Source of the DNA: Ignavibacteriales bacterium
GTDB lineage: Bacteria; Bacteroidota; Ignavibacteria; UBA10030; UBA6906
Direction: 5' to 3'
Assembly: GCA_037441705.1 (NCBI GenBank)
Contig: JBBIRR010000006.1
Coordinates: 1 to 64,000 of the forward strand
Length of the DNA: 64,000 nt
Shown: one piece after another, positions 17,600 to 27,976 of the stretch
Layout of the letters: every line of letters starts with the position of its first letter
Numbering within the stretch: the first letter of the stretch is position 1
Program-made: the position numbers and the translations under genes
Notes under the pieces: generated by a model
What the model was told of the DNA's origin: nothing
What the model saw: only the letters and a program-made list of their open reading frames with translations
Database searches by the model: none

Positions 17600-18883
17600 T
17601 TAACGCATCAGCAGAAGTTTCCGCGCAGCGATGAACGAGCCTGTCCGCAACTGCGCGATGTACACGCCGCTCGGCAAGCTGCTTCCGTCAAACCGAACAG
17701 CATGTGTTCCGGCTTCCCGCGTGTCGTTGACTAACGTCGCAACTTCCTGTCCGAGAATGGTGTACACCTTCAGTGACACAACGCCCGTCTGCGGGACCTC
17801 AAAGCGAACGTGCGTCACAGGGTTAAACGGATTGGGATAGTTGGGATAAAGCGCAAACTGCCGCGGAGGGTGTTCTTTGACGGTTGTTGCGCCCGGCCGC
17901 AAGAACCATCCTCGTGTCGTAGAATCTGATTTGAAGAATCGAAGAAGCATCTGTGCGACTTTCAACCGACCGGAGGCAGAGGGGTGTGTGCGATCCGACG
18001 GCACGAAGTCATCGCAGAGCCAGATCAAACTGTCGCTGCGGGGGACGAGACCATCGGCCCAGAGGTAGGGACCCCATGCAAGCCATGGGGCGCGCGGTTG
18101 AGGCTCGGTGTAGCTGAGGGCGGAGTCTCCGTTGATCTGCCGCGTGATCGTCCACTTCACTGCAAAGCCGGATTCGTATGCGTACGGTTCGGGGTTGAGT
18201 GTTGTGGTTGCATAGCCGCCGTAGGTTCTGCTCGACCAGTAGGCAAGTTTGATGTTGGGGTAGAATTGTTTCAGGATGCGGGCAATGAGGACGAACTGGC
18301 TATCGAGAATCTGCGCGTGGCGCGGAAAGGGGTCTTGCGGATTGGCGTTCGCCTCCTTCACCCATGCCGCCTGAACCTGCGCACGCCGCACGCCGGCGGC
18401 CGCAAGACGCTGATCAATCACCGTCCAGAACTGCGCGTTCGGATTCGAGATGATCGCGGCGGTTTGGCCACCCTGTGCGCCATCCACGATCGTGAGCCGC
18501 GGGTTCTTCATCGAGTCTGCATCCGCAAGCTGCTTGAACACGGAATACTCTTGCGTCGCATTCGACATACCGATGGAGAGAAGAACGATTCTGCCGTTGA
18601 CGAGGTCAATGTTGCCCGCTGTATCGCGCGGGACGACCTGCGCTGCAAGCGCCCGCCCTGCCGAATCATGAGGCGCGGGCCGAACGTTGAATCCGCCCGG
18701 GTACAGTCCGCCCTGATAGCCTTGATAGTATCCCGTTCCCAGATCGTTGATGGGAATGCGCCCAACGGAAGTAGTGGTGCATGAACCAGCAGTCGCGTAG
18801 AGTTGCAGACCGAGCGCAGTGGTACGGGAGAGCGCACACAACAGCATCAGGAGTGACAGCAGCACGCATCGGATGGCTGGCAT
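17600..18883 (-). CDS. Secreted protein with probable SGNH-like hydrolase domain and T9SS-type CTD
   Basis: GGAGG RBS before ATG 18883; signal peptide; 'IGMSN', 'GAQGG', 'DRTHPS'; CTD '[16 protein letters not shown]'. Confidence 0.8.
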   Translation of the reverse strand: MPAIRCVLLSLLMLLCALSRTTALGLQLYATAGSCTTTSVGRIPINDLGTGYYQGYQGGLYPGGFNVRPAPHDSAGRALAAQVVPRDTAGNIDLVNGRIVLLSIGMSNATQEYSVFKQLADADSMKNPRLTIVDGAQGGQTAAIISNPNAQFWTVIDQRLAAAGVRRAQVQAAWVKEANANPQDPFPRHAQILDSQFVLIARILKQFYPNIKLAYWSSRTYGGYATTTLNPEPYAYESGFAVKWTITRQINGDSALSYTEPQPRAPWLAWGPYLWADGLVPRSDSLIWLCDDFVPSDRTHPSASGRLKVAQMLLRFFKSDSTTRGWFLRPGATTVKEHPPRQFALYPNYPNPFNPVTHVRFEVPQTGVVSLKVYTILGQEVATLVNDTREAGTHAVRFDGSSLPSGVYIAQLRTGSFIAARKLLLMR

Positions 18884-19062
18884 TGTAACCTCCTCGAATG
18901 TCGGCATGAGTCCGGAGGAAGTGTACGAAAAGTTCGGCAGGGAAGCAGCTGTCGCGGACGAATCGCTCGCCGCTCAGAGCAGACTGCGCGCTCGAGCCAT
19001 TTTCTTGATTTTCCCTCTCAAAAGCTCTACTTTTTGTGTGAAAATCCAAACCCCAATGGTAC

Positions 19063-21810
19063 ATGCACTTCACGCGGCGTTTCTGTTTCCACCTCCTGGT
19101 ATTCTGTCTGGTTGTACCGCTTCACGCACTGTCGCAATCAAAACTCACACTGCGGCCGCAGGTAGCAGACCGCGCCTCCGGGCATCGGAACCACATTTAT
19201 CCCTTTGTTGAGGAAAAGCGCCCGCGCGTCGGTCTCGTCTTGAGCGGCGGCGGCGCTCGCGGTGCCGCGCAAATCGGCGTTCTCAAAGCTCTCGAAAAGT
19301 ACAGGATTCCCATTGACTTCATCGCGGCGACGAGCATGGGCGCAATCGTCGGCGGGTTGTATGCGTCCGGCTATAGCACCGCCGAGATCGAGAGTCTTGC
19401 ACTCAATACGAATTGGGACGAAGTGCTTTCGTTCTCCGATGAAGCCCAGCGGATTGATCTTGCCATCGATCAGAAACTCGCCGAAGATTGGAGTTTCCTC
19501 GTCGTGCGCTTCGAAGGTTTGCAGCCCGTGATTCCACACGCCGTTTCCAGCGGGCAACGACTGACCAATCTGCTGAACGAGCAGACCCTGCAGGCACTGT
19601 ATCATCCCGACCCGTTGTTCGACGATTTGAAGATTCCGTTCCGCGCAGTCACAACCGACCTGATTTCCGGGAAGCGCGTTGTGCTTGACCGCGGTTCGCT
19701 TGCACAGGCCTTGCGCGCCAGCGCCACCGTGCCGCTCTTGTTCAACCCCATCGAGCAGGACTCGATGCAGTTAGTTGATGGAGGTCTCGTGACAAACATC
19801 CCGGTGGATGTTGCGCGGGATGCAGGATGCGACATCGTCATCGCCGTCAACAGCACGAGCGGCTTGCGCACGGCCGACGAAATGAAAGCCCCGTGGCAAA
19901 CCGCCGATCAAATCATGGGCATCATGATGCAGCTTTCCAATCAGGAACAGCTCAAACTTGCCGACGTCACGATCACACCCGACATCGGGCGGCATCTTTC
20001 GTCCGACTTTACAGGACTCGACACGCTCATCGAGCTGGGATTCGTGTCGGCGGAAGCCCAGATCGACTCGATCACGTCTCTCTACCGGCGCGCACAGGCG
20101 CGGCTGGATAGCATCGCCCACGGCGGTGCCGACGAGACGTTCGACGACGTGCACGTGGAAATCATCGGCGGCGACCCTGCCGATACGGTTTTCCTCTCCA
20201 TCAAGAACGACGCCTTCGGCGGCCGACTCACGACACGGCAAATCCGAGAACACCTGCGGCGCCTTCTGGCCACCGGCCGCGTGGATGATGCCTGGGTTGA
20301 TGTTTTTCCGGGCGAGCGACCGGTGCGGGTGGAATATCATGTGCAGTACTATCCGGTGCTGCGGCGCGTGGAGTTTCTCGGCAACAGGCTGATTGATGCC
20401 GAGCAACTGCGGGAAATATTCCGCCCGCTGATCGGGCGAGTCCTGCACCACGAGCGATGTGATGAGGCGGTGGAGAACTTACTACGGTTGTATCGCTCGC
20501 ACGGCTACTCACTTGCGCGCATGGAACGTGCCTGGTTCGATGAGTCCAGCGGCGTCCTGACCATTACCGTCAATGAAGGTGTGATCGAGAAGATTCAGGT
20601 GCGCGGCGGAGAGCGGACGGAGGATTCGTTCGTGCTGCGGGAGTTTGCCCTTGCCGAGGGGGAGATGTTTCAGATTGATCGTGCCAAGCGCGGGCTGACA
20701 AACCTCAACAGTACGAAGATCTTCGAGTACGTCTATCTGGAAATCACCTACAACCAACAAAAACCCGTCCTCACTCTCCGGATCTCTGAACTTCCCTCAC
20801 AACTGATTCGCCTTGGACTGCGGGCTGACAATGAGCGGGAGCTGCAGGGTCGGATAGATATCCGTGACGAAAACTTTCGCGGCATCGGAACCGAGTTGGG
20901 CCTGACCCTTTCCGGCGGATCGCGCAACGGCTTTGCCAATGTCGAGTTCAAAACCAATCGTCTCTTCAGTCCTGTCTTCACGTTCAACCTTGCAGCCTTT
21001 GCCAGCGTGTTCAACAGTTATCTCTACGCCGATGATCCGAACGAGCGGCGAGAAAATCGCTGGGCACGCATTCGCGTGGGCGAGTATTCCGAGGTCCGGT
21101 ACGGCGGGCGGCTCATTGTCGGCGGGCGTCTGGAGCGCCTTGGCGGTTTCACCATCGAGTGGTCGCTGCAAGATGTGAGGATGAAGAATGTGCAAGGTCT
21201 GCCGCACATTGCCGATCAGTATCGGCTCTCGCTGTTCAAAATCGGGACGGTGGTGGATAGCCGCAACAGTTTTCCCTTCCCGACTTCGGGCGTGAACCTT
21301 TCCTTCTCGTATGAGTTTGCCACGAAGAATTTTTTGAGCGACGTGGGATACAACGCTCTCCGCATCATGTACGAGGGATACTCATCGCTCAGTGCACGCA
21401 GCACGTTGCACCCGCGCTTGCGCTTTGGCTACGGCGATGAGACGATGCCCCTGGCGCAGCAGTTCCGCTTGGGCGGACGCGAGTCCATGTACGGAACGCG
21501 CGAAGACGACCGGCGCGGCAGACAACTGCTGGCCCTCAGCCTTGAATATCGCTACAAACTTCCCATGCGGCTGATGTTCGAGACCTACCTGCGCGTGCGG
21601 TACGATCTCGCGACGATTTCAGAGATTCCCGAGCAGATCAAGATCAGCGCCTTCCGTCACGGCATCGGAGCAGAACTTGCGCTCGATACGCCGCTCGGCC
21701 AGGCGGCGTTCGGTGCGGGGAAGAGTTTCTTTCCTGCACGCGACCTGCCGAAGAATCCGATACAGGAAGGCCCTCTGCTCTGGTATTTTGTGTTAGGATA
21801 TGAGATGTAA
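19063..21810 (+). CDS. Patatin-like phospholipase-POTRA-Omp85 barrel protein (PlpD-like, type Vd)
   Basis: 'LVLSGGGARGAAQIGVL', 'ATSMG', 'LVDGG'; POTRA 'VEFLGN.LI...L', 'LYRSHGYSLA', 'VNEGVI'; barrel 'FRLGG..', 'GIGAELALDTPLG', terminal 'LGYEM'. Confidence 0.88.
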   Translation: MHFTRRFCFHLLVFCLVVPLHALSQSKLTLRPQVADRASGHRNHIYPFVEEKRPRVGLVLSGGGARGAAQIGVLKALEKYRIPIDFIAATSMGAIVGGLYASGYSTAEIESLALNTNWDEVLSFSDEAQRIDLAIDQKLAEDWSFLVVRFEGLQPVIPHAVSSGQRLTNLLNEQTLQALYHPDPLFDDLKIPFRAVTTDLISGKRVVLDRGSLAQALRASATVPLLFNPIEQDSMQLVDGGLVTNIPVDVARDAGCDIVIAVNSTSGLRTADEMKAPWQTADQIMGIMMQLSNQEQLKLADVTITPDIGRHLSSDFTGLDTLIELGFVSAEAQIDSITSLYRRAQARLDSIAHGGADETFDDVHVEIIGGDPADTVFLSIKNDAFGGRLTTRQIREHLRRLLATGRVDDAWVDVFPGERPVRVEYHVQYYPVLRRVEFLGNRLIDAEQLREIFRPLIGRVLHHERCDEAVENLLRLYRSHGYSLARMERAWFDESSGVLTITVNEGVIEKIQVRGGERTEDSFVLREFALAEGEMFQIDRAKRGLTNLNSTKIFEYVYLEITYNQQKPVLTLRISELPSQLIRLGLRADNERELQGRIDIRDENFRGIGTELGLTLSGGSRNGFANVEFKTNRLFSPVFTFNLAAFASVFNSYLYADDPNERRENRWARIRVGEYSEVRYGGRLIVGGRLERLGGFTIEWSLQDVRMKNVQGLPHIADQYRLSLFKIGTVVDSRNSFPFPTSGVNLSFSYEFATKNFLSDVGYNALRIMYEGYSSLSARSTLHPRLRFGYGDETMPLAQQFRLGGRESMYGTREDDRRGRQLLALSLEYRYKLPMRLMFETYLRVRYDLATISEIPEQIKISAFRHGIGAELALDTPLGQAAFGAGKSFFPARDLPKNPIQEGPLLWYFVLGYEM

Positions 21811-21897
21811 TGGTTCAATCGTTCCTGTGTGTCATTTCTTCTGTGGATTGGCTATATTTCCCCAGCTTCACATCATCACATCAATCACGTATTGGCT

Positions 21898-22161
21898 ATG
21901 ACGACAAAAGCTCCCTCGCCCGTAAAGCCCGCTGCGGCCGACGCATTAGAACGCATCGCGTACGCAGCCGTTGCGTCCATCCCGACCGTTGAACCGCACG
22001 ACCAGGATCGGCTCGGCTACAACGTGTGGCGGTTCTTGAAGGAGCGGCGCGATTCGCTCGAACAATCGGTGCGCAGCGCCGGCGCCCGCTTACTGCTGAG
22101 CGAAGAAGAAGCGGTGGCGAGAATTCGGGCGCGTCTCAAAGAGCAGGGCATTGACGTGTAA
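21898..22161 (+). CDS. Small hypothetical protein
   Basis: 87-aa helical ORF in line with marC; ATG 21898 chosen over the upstream in-frame start. Confidence 0.65.
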   Translation: MTTKAPSPVKPAAADALERIAYAAVASIPTVEPHDQDRLGYNVWRFLKERRDSLEQSVRSAGARLLLSEEEAVARIRARLKEQGIDV

Positions 22162-22171
22162 CCGTCAGGTG

Positions 22172-22756
22172 ATGGAAACGTTCTTTCTTGCATTCATTCC
22201 TCTGTTCGTTGCCATTGATGTCTTTGGTGTGCTGCCGCTGTTTGTTGCCCTGACCGGCGGGCTTGAAGAACGCCGCCGCCGGCTGCTGACGCTCGAAGCG
22301 ACAGCCACTGCGCTTGCAGTTTCGCTCGTCTTCCTGGCGGCGGGCAAGCTGTTGTTCTCCTTTCTCGGGATTACCGAAAGCGACTTTCGCGTGGGTGGAG
22401 GAATCGTGTTGCTTGTTCTGGCCGTGAACGACCTCCTCTTTTCAAAAGAGCGCAAGCGCGAACCGGATACAACCATCGGCGTTGTGCCCATCGGTATTCC
22501 CTTGATTATGGGACCCGCCGCCCTCACCACCATCATCATTTCCGTAAACTCGTACGGGTACGGGTGGACTATCGCTTCGCTGGTCGCAAACATGGCCATT
22601 GTGTTTCTCGTCTTCGCTCAGGCGCACCGCATAGCCCGCGTCATGGGCGATGCAGGCTCGCGCGCCGTGGCGAAAGTGTTTGCGCTGTTTCTTGCAGGCA
22701 TAGCCGTGATGATGATTCGCAGCGGCATAACGCAGATGATGCAGGGATTGCAATGA
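22172..22756 (+). CDS. marC: MarC-family inner membrane protein
   Basis: 'AFIPLFVAID..G.LP.F', 'FRVGGGIVL', 'VVPIGIPLIMGPAALTT', six TM helices. Confidence 0.88.
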   Translation: METFFLAFIPLFVAIDVFGVLPLFVALTGGLEERRRRLLTLEATATALAVSLVFLAAGKLLFSFLGITESDFRVGGGIVLLVLAVNDLLFSKERKREPDTTIGVVPIGIPLIMGPAALTTIIISVNSYGYGWTIASLVANMAIVFLVFAQAHRIARVMGDAGSRAVAKVFALFLAGIAVMMIRSGITQMMQGLQ

Positions 22757-23250
22757 CGGAGACGGTTATCAGCTTGATTGATGGCGAGCCGCCCAGCCGG
22801 TATCGCTTCGATTACACGGGCAAGCATCGGTACTTCATCACGCTGCCGGTGTTCGGACACAAAGAGGTGTTTGTGGACCAGCAGCGAGTGGTAGCCGTTC
22901 TGAACGCCCTGCGCGATAGCGCTCTGGAGCATCGCTTCGATGTGTACGCCTACTGCTTGCTTCCTCTGGAAATGCTGTTGATTGTCCGCGGCAAGGACAG
23001 GAAAGCAAACATGAAGGAGTTTCTGCACGACTTCCGGGCTCGATCGTCTCACGCACTCGAGCAAGAGCTTGGCCATCCCCTCTGGAAGAAAAAGTACTTC
23101 GAGCGTGTTCTCCGCAAAAGCGAAGACACAAAGGCGCTTGTTACCTCGGTGTTCCAGCGCCCCGTCAAAGCAGGACTCGTCCAGAAGCCTTCAGACTATC
23201 CGTTTCAAGGATCGTTCGTCCTCGTCCCGAGAAAAGAACGCCTCACCTGA
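22753..23250 (+). CDS. Y1/RAYT (REP-associated tyrosine transposase)-fold protein lacking the HUH and catalytic Tyr residues
   Basis: ATGA overlap with marC; 'RFDY.G..RYFIT', 'AYCLLP', 'LW...YFERVLR', 'PVKAGLV..P.DYPF.GS'; the expected MPxHxH reads LPLEML and the expected YIxxNP reads SVFQRP. Confidence 0.8.
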   Translation: MTETVISLIDGEPPSRYRFDYTGKHRYFITLPVFGHKEVFVDQQRVVAVLNALRDSALEHRFDVYAYCLLPLEMLLIVRGKDRKANMKEFLHDFRARSSHALEQELGHPLWKKKYFERVLRKSEDTKALVTSVFQRPVKAGLVQKPSDYPFQGSFVLVPRKERLT

Positions 23251-23491
23251 TATCATCTCCTCAACCGCGAGGTGTTCGTTGCCTTTCTCAACGGGATTGC
23301 TTACCTTTTTTGCAGTCAATTCGTCGTACCTCAAAAAGGACTGTCAACTCGCCCGATTGCTACAAATTGAAGTTCACGCTTGTGCTGCTGCCCTTCCACG
23401 TTTATCTGAGTGTTGAGTTGCTACCGTTGAAGAATCTTTGTACTGCCCGGAGAGAGAACAAGGGCGGTATGGATGGATGATGGAGAAGTAG

Positions 23492-23965
23492 ATGTTCAAA
23501 ACTGGAGTGATCGAAGGCGTCATCGTGAAAGACCTCGTGAAGTTTCTCGATGAACGAGGCTGGCTTGTCGAAATCTTTCGTCAGGATGCGTTGGAGGAGA
23601 AATACTATCCGGTCATGGGCTACATCTCGATGACGGCTCCGGGGATTGCTCGCGGGCCGCATGAGCATCTCGAGCAAGCGGACTTCTTTGCTTTCATCGG
23701 GCCATCGAATTTCAAAATTCTCTTGTGGGACAATCGGAAATCTTCCCCCACCTACATGATGAAACAGGTGGTATATGCGGGCGAGGACGGGCCGAAGTCC
23801 ATCCTCATTCCGCCGGGCATTGTGCACGCGTACAAGAACGTCGGCGGCAAACCCGGGATGGTGGTGAACGTTCCCAACAAGCTGTTTGCCGGTTGGGGAA
23901 GGAAAGAGCCGGTGGACGAAATCCGCCACGAACTTGACCCCAACAGCATCTTCAGAATAGAGTAG
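23492..23965 (+). CDS. rfbC: dTDP-4-dehydrorhamnose 3,5-epimerase
   Basis: '[10 protein letters not shown]', 'RGPHEH..Q.D', 'IPPGIVHAY' cupin motifs. Confidence 0.88.
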   Translation: MFKTGVIEGVIVKDLVKFLDERGWLVEIFRQDALEEKYYPVMGYISMTAPGIARGPHEHLEQADFFAFIGPSNFKILLWDNRKSSPTYMMKQVVYAGEDGPKSILIPPGIVHAYKNVGGKPGMVVNVPNKLFAGWGRKEPVDEIRHELDPNSIFRIE

Positions 23966-23969
23966 CCCA

Positions 23970-24983
23970 ATGAAGAACGTCTTGATCACAGGCGGAGCAG
24001 GGTTCATCGGCAGCAACTTCGTCCGGTACTTTCTTGCACACCATCCCGGTGTCGGCGTCGTCAACTTCGACAAGCTGACCTACGCGGGCAATCTCGAAAA
24101 CCTTGAGGACGTTGAAGACAATCCGCACTATCATTTCGTCAAGGGCGATATCTGCGATCGTCCGTTGGTCGAAGCAACGATCAAGCGATACAACGTTGAT
24201 ACGATCGTGCATCTGGCGGCCGAATCTCACGTGGACCGAAGCATTCTGGGCTCTGCGGAGTTCATTCAGACCAACGTCGTCGGCACACACGTGTTGTTGG
24301 ATGTTGCAAAAGATATGGGCATCGAACGGTTCTTGCATGTTTCGACCGATGAGGTGTACGGCTCGCTTGGACCGACCGGTAAGTTCACCGAGGAGACGCC
24401 GCTCCATCCGAACAGCCCCTACTCGGCAAGCAAGGCCGCTTCGGATTTGCTTGCCCTCGCGTATCAGCACACGCATGGCGTGCCCGTGATCGTGACGCGG
24501 TGCTCGAACAATTACGGGCCGTATCAGTTTCCCGAAAAGCTGATTCCGCTGATGATCATCAATGCGCTGAGCGACAAGCCGCTTCCGGTCTACGGTGACG
24601 GATTGAACGTGCGGGACTGGCTTCACGTGGAAGATCACTGTGCTGCGCTCGATCTGGTGTTGCAGAAAGGAGAGGTCGGCGAGGTCTATAATATCGGCGG
24701 CAACAACGAGTGGAAGAATATCGACATCGTTCGATTGCTGCTGCAACTGTTGAACAAGCCCGATACCCTGATCCGTTTTGTGAAAGACCGTCCGGGCCAT
24801 GACCGACGCTACGCGATCGATGCCGGTAAGATACAACGGCAGCTAGGCTGGTTCCCCCGGCGAACTTTCGAGGAGGGTTTGAAAGAAACCGTACAATGGT
24901 ACCTCACGCATGAATCGTGGTGGAGACGCGTGATGACAGGTCAATACATGGAGTATTACAAGAAGCAATATCATGAAGCATGA
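23970..24983 (+). CDS. rfbB: dTDP-glucose 4,6-dehydratase
   Basis: '[11 protein letters not shown]', 'DKLTYAGN', '[10 protein letters not shown]', 'STDEVYG', 'YSASKA', 'DRPGHDRRY'. Confidence 0.96.
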   Translation: MKNVLITGGAGFIGSNFVRYFLAHHPGVGVVNFDKLTYAGNLENLEDVEDNPHYHFVKGDICDRPLVEATIKRYNVDTIVHLAAESHVDRSILGSAEFIQTNVVGTHVLLDVAKDMGIERFLHVSTDEVYGSLGPTGKFTEETPLHPNSPYSASKAASDLLALAYQHTHGVPVIVTRCSNNYGPYQFPEKLIPLMIINALSDKPLPVYGDGLNVRDWLHVEDHCAALDLVLQKGEVGEVYNIGGNNEWKNIDIVRLLLQLLNKPDTLIRFVKDRPGHDRRYAIDAGKIQRQLGWFPRRTFEEGLKETVQWYLTHESWWRRVMTGQYMEYYKKQYHEA

Positions 24984-26679
24984 TATGCGCGGACATTATT
25001 CGAGACTGTTGATCGTGGGGATCTATCTGGGTGCGATGCTTGGCCAGCCACTTTCGGCGTGGGCACAATTGTCCGGTTCGATCTCGATCCCCGACCTGCT
25101 GAAGATGCGCCCCGAGACGCGTCCCGACGTTGCGCAGTATACAGGCAAAACATTTCCTCTTGATGCGCCGGTGAATCCCGCCGAATACTACGTCGGTCCG
25201 GGGGATGTGTTAGGGCTGAACATCTGGTCGAGCATGCCGGTGGAACACCAGCTTACGATCACACCCGAAGCGACGCTGCTCATTCCCAATGTCGGGGTTG
25301 TTGACGTGCGGAATGAGACGCTCGAAGCCGTCAAGAAAAAAGTCGGTGCGCTCGTCTCCCGCCGCTACCCGAACGCCGAGGTGTCCCTCACGCTTCTGGC
25401 CCCGCGCAGAGTGATCGTGCAAATCACGGGCGATGTGCTGAACGAAACGAAGTTCGAAATGAACTCCCTCCAGCGCGTGGATAACCTCATCGCCACCGCG
25501 AATGCTTTGCCATCTGCCATCACCGACCTGCAAGCGTACAAGAACGAGCTGGCGTATGCGCGCTCGTCGCCATCGCTGCGGAATATCGTGGTCCAGCGTC
25601 GGGAGGGGCAGCGCCTACGTGTTGACCTCGTGAAATATCAGGCGACAGGCGAGGGCAAGTATAATCCATATCTGCGCGAGGGGGATCAGGTGTTCGTCCC
25701 TCTGAGAAGAGACATGACCCTCGGCATCGGCGTCTCGGGCGGCGTACGCCGGACGGGAAGTTTTGAATTTGTGCCGGGCGATAGCCTCACCGACTTGATA
25801 GCGATGGGCTTTGGATTCAACGCAAGAGCCGATTCACAGCACGCAGTGCTCACGCGCCTCACGCCCGATGCACAAGGCAAAGAGACGTTGCAGGTCAACC
25901 CCGCCGCGATTCTCGCGGGCAAGGAGCCGAACATTGCCTTGCGGCCCGGTGACAGGCTGTTTGTCCATGAGATTCGTGAACGTCGTCAAGCCTTCATCGT
26001 GGCAGTGGATGGGGCCGTGCAGCAGCCCGGCCACTACCCCGTCACACTGAATACCACAAGACTTTCGGAGGTGATCCGAGCGGCCGGAGGGTTCACGCGT
26101 GATGCAAACATCAAAGCGGCAACGCTGATAAGAGCGCGGGTCTCTCCCGAAACCGCTCCTGAAGAAATCGCCCGAGAACAGTTGCTGAGTTCGCGAAGCA
26201 CGCTCGGCGTTCAGGATACCTCCTACTATCTCACGGAAACCGCCTTGCGGCTGCGAGAGGAATTGGTTGCCGTTGACTTCTACAAACTCTTTGTGCTGGG
26301 CGACAGCACACAGGATGTCACCTTGAGAAACTATGATCGGATTTACGTCCCGGCGTTGAAACGAACAATTTATGTCTTTGGCCAGGTGCTTTCCCCGGGC
26401 CACGTGGAGTATGTCCAAGGGCAGGACTATCGCTATTACATTGCCAAGGCCGGCGGATTTGCAGCTAAAGCCAGTGAAGGCGACGTGAAGATCATCAAGG
26501 GCAGCACGCGCATCTGGTTCGATCCCGACGAAACGACCATTGAAGATGGCGACTTCATCTGGGTGCCGAAGTATCGGGAATATCCGTTTGCCTATCACTT
26601 GAACATCTGGGCGCAGGTTGCGGGCATCATCGGCACCGCTGCAACGGTCGCCCTGTTGATCAACAATTTGACGAAGTGA
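24973..26679 (+). CDS. Polysaccharide export protein (Wza/KpsD-like, multiple SLBB domains)
   Basis: 'YYVGPGDVL', repeated SLBB 'V.GAV..PG.Y....RLS.VI..AGG', 'GD.I.VP'. Confidence 0.88.
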   Translation: MKHDMRGHYSRLLIVGIYLGAMLGQPLSAWAQLSGSISIPDLLKMRPETRPDVAQYTGKTFPLDAPVNPAEYYVGPGDVLGLNIWSSMPVEHQLTITPEATLLIPNVGVVDVRNETLEAVKKKVGALVSRRYPNAEVSLTLLAPRRVIVQITGDVLNETKFEMNSLQRVDNLIATANALPSAITDLQAYKNELAYARSSPSLRNIVVQRREGQRLRVDLVKYQATGEGKYNPYLREGDQVFVPLRRDMTLGIGVSGGVRRTGSFEFVPGDSLTDLIAMGFGFNARADSQHAVLTRLTPDAQGKETLQVNPAAILAGKEPNIALRPGDRLFVHEIRERRQAFIVAVDGAVQQPGHYPVTLNTTRLSEVIRAAGGFTRDANIKAATLIRARVSPETAPEEIAREQLLSSRSTLGVQDTSYYLTETALRLREELVAVDFYKLFVLGDSTQDVTLRNYDRIYVPALKRTIYVFGQVLSPGHVEYVQGQDYRYYIAKAGGFAAKASEGDVKIIKGSTRIWFDPDETTIEDGDFIWVPKYREYPFAYHLNIWAQVAGIIGTAATVALLINNLTK

Positions 26680-27926
26680 TGGAAGAAAGCGCAACACCCA
26701 AAACCGAAACGCCGGCCTCGACGATCATCGAATTCCTTTCGATCATTACGAAGTACCGGAAGTTCATTTCGAGATTTGTCCTATCGGTTACAGTGGCGAC
26801 GACCGTCGTCGTCTTTCTCTCTCCGAAATGGTACAAGTCCACAGCCTCCGTGTTTCCCGCGGAGAAGACGGAGCTGTTGAGTGCATTCAGTGGGATTTCG
26901 TCCATAGCGCGAAGTCTCTCGCCCGCCCGCGCTCTGTCGGCTCTAGGGTCAAATCCCGAGGCAGACCGGTACCTGGCAATCCTGAAAAGCGGAACCGTGT
27001 TGGGAGCCGTCATCGAGAAGTTCAAGCTTGACAGTGTGTATGACATCAGCAGCTACAAAATGGAGAAGACGACGAAGGAACTGCTGAGCAACACCGAGTT
27101 TACTCTTGAGCCGGAAGGGAACATCACCATTACAGTGTACGACAAAGATCCCCAGCGTGCGGCCGATATGGCAAATTATTTTGTAGAGTTACTGAACAGA
27201 ACGAATTCCGAGTTACAGGTGCAGAATGCACGCGGCAATCGCGAATTCATCGAACAACGGTACAATCAGAACCTTGCCGATCTTGCTGCTGCAGAAGAAT
27301 CCTTACGCGTTTTCCAGAAACGGTATGGCATCATCGCCATGCCCGAACAAACCGAGGCTTCGATCAAAGCGGCAGCAGAGATCGCTGCGCAGCTTGCGAT
27401 GAAGGAAGTGCAGCTCGGAGTTCTTCGCCGCACCCAATCTTCCGACAATCCTGCGGTCGTTGCCGGGCAGATCGAAATTGACGAGCTGCGGAACAAACTG
27501 ATGCGAATGGGCTCCGACGGCGCAACAGTCGGGCGGGACATGCATATCTTCGTCCCCTTCAGCAAGGCTCCCGATTTAGGCATGGAGTACGTGCGGCGGT
27601 ATCGTGATGTGGAGATTCAGTACAAGATTCTGCAAATCATCGCGCCCTTGTATGAACAAGCAAAAGTGGAAGAACGCCGTCAAACTCCCTCGGTGATAGT
27701 GTTAGACAAAGCCGCGCCCGCCGAACGGAAGGCGAAGCCGAAGGTGAGCTTGTATGCACTGATGGCGCTGGTGATTTCTTTGCTCATGGCTTGCATTGTG
27801 GTCCTTATCGGTGAGGGTCTTTTTCGCTTGAGGCAAGCGTTTCCCGAACGCTATGCGAGCATTGTGTCATCACTACGCACAGACTGGTTTGGGCTTCGTT
27901 TCTGGAAGCGTAAGGGTGTTTGGTGA
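26679..27926 (+). CDS. Wzz/GNVR-type chain-length determinant (no kinase domain)
   Basis: Two TM helices flanking a coiled-coil periplasmic region; 'KDPQRAADMAN', 'VLDKA.P.ERKAKP'. Confidence 0.85.
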   Translation: MEESATPKTETPASTIIEFLSIITKYRKFISRFVLSVTVATTVVVFLSPKWYKSTASVFPAEKTELLSAFSGISSIARSLSPARALSALGSNPEADRYLAILKSGTVLGAVIEKFKLDSVYDISSYKMEKTTKELLSNTEFTLEPEGNITITVYDKDPQRAADMANYFVELLNRTNSELQVQNARGNREFIEQRYNQNLADLAAAEESLRVFQKRYGIIAMPEQTEASIKAAAEIAAQLAMKEVQLGVLRRTQSSDNPAVVAGQIEIDELRNKLMRMGSDGATVGRDMHIFVPFSKAPDLGMEYVRRYRDVEIQYKILQIIAPLYEQAKVEERRQTPSVIVLDKAAPAERKAKPKVSLYALMALVISLLMACIVVLIGEGLFRLRQAFPERYASIVSSLRTDWFGLRFWKRKGVW

Positions 27927-27976
27927 TACTTGACCGATGAACGTCCTCTCCACCCCAGCTTGACAACGGAGAATGG

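Noticed and set aside
22564-23250. Active IS200/IS605 element or pseudogene
   Set aside because: No HUH/Tyr, no tnpB and no terminal hairpins, but also no stop or frameshift; the 22564-22752 extension merely overlaps marC.
23463-23475. ops/JUMPstart-like GGCGGTA upstream of rfbC
   Set aside because: Only 7 bases match, the rest diverges, and no RfaH/UpxY gene is in the window.
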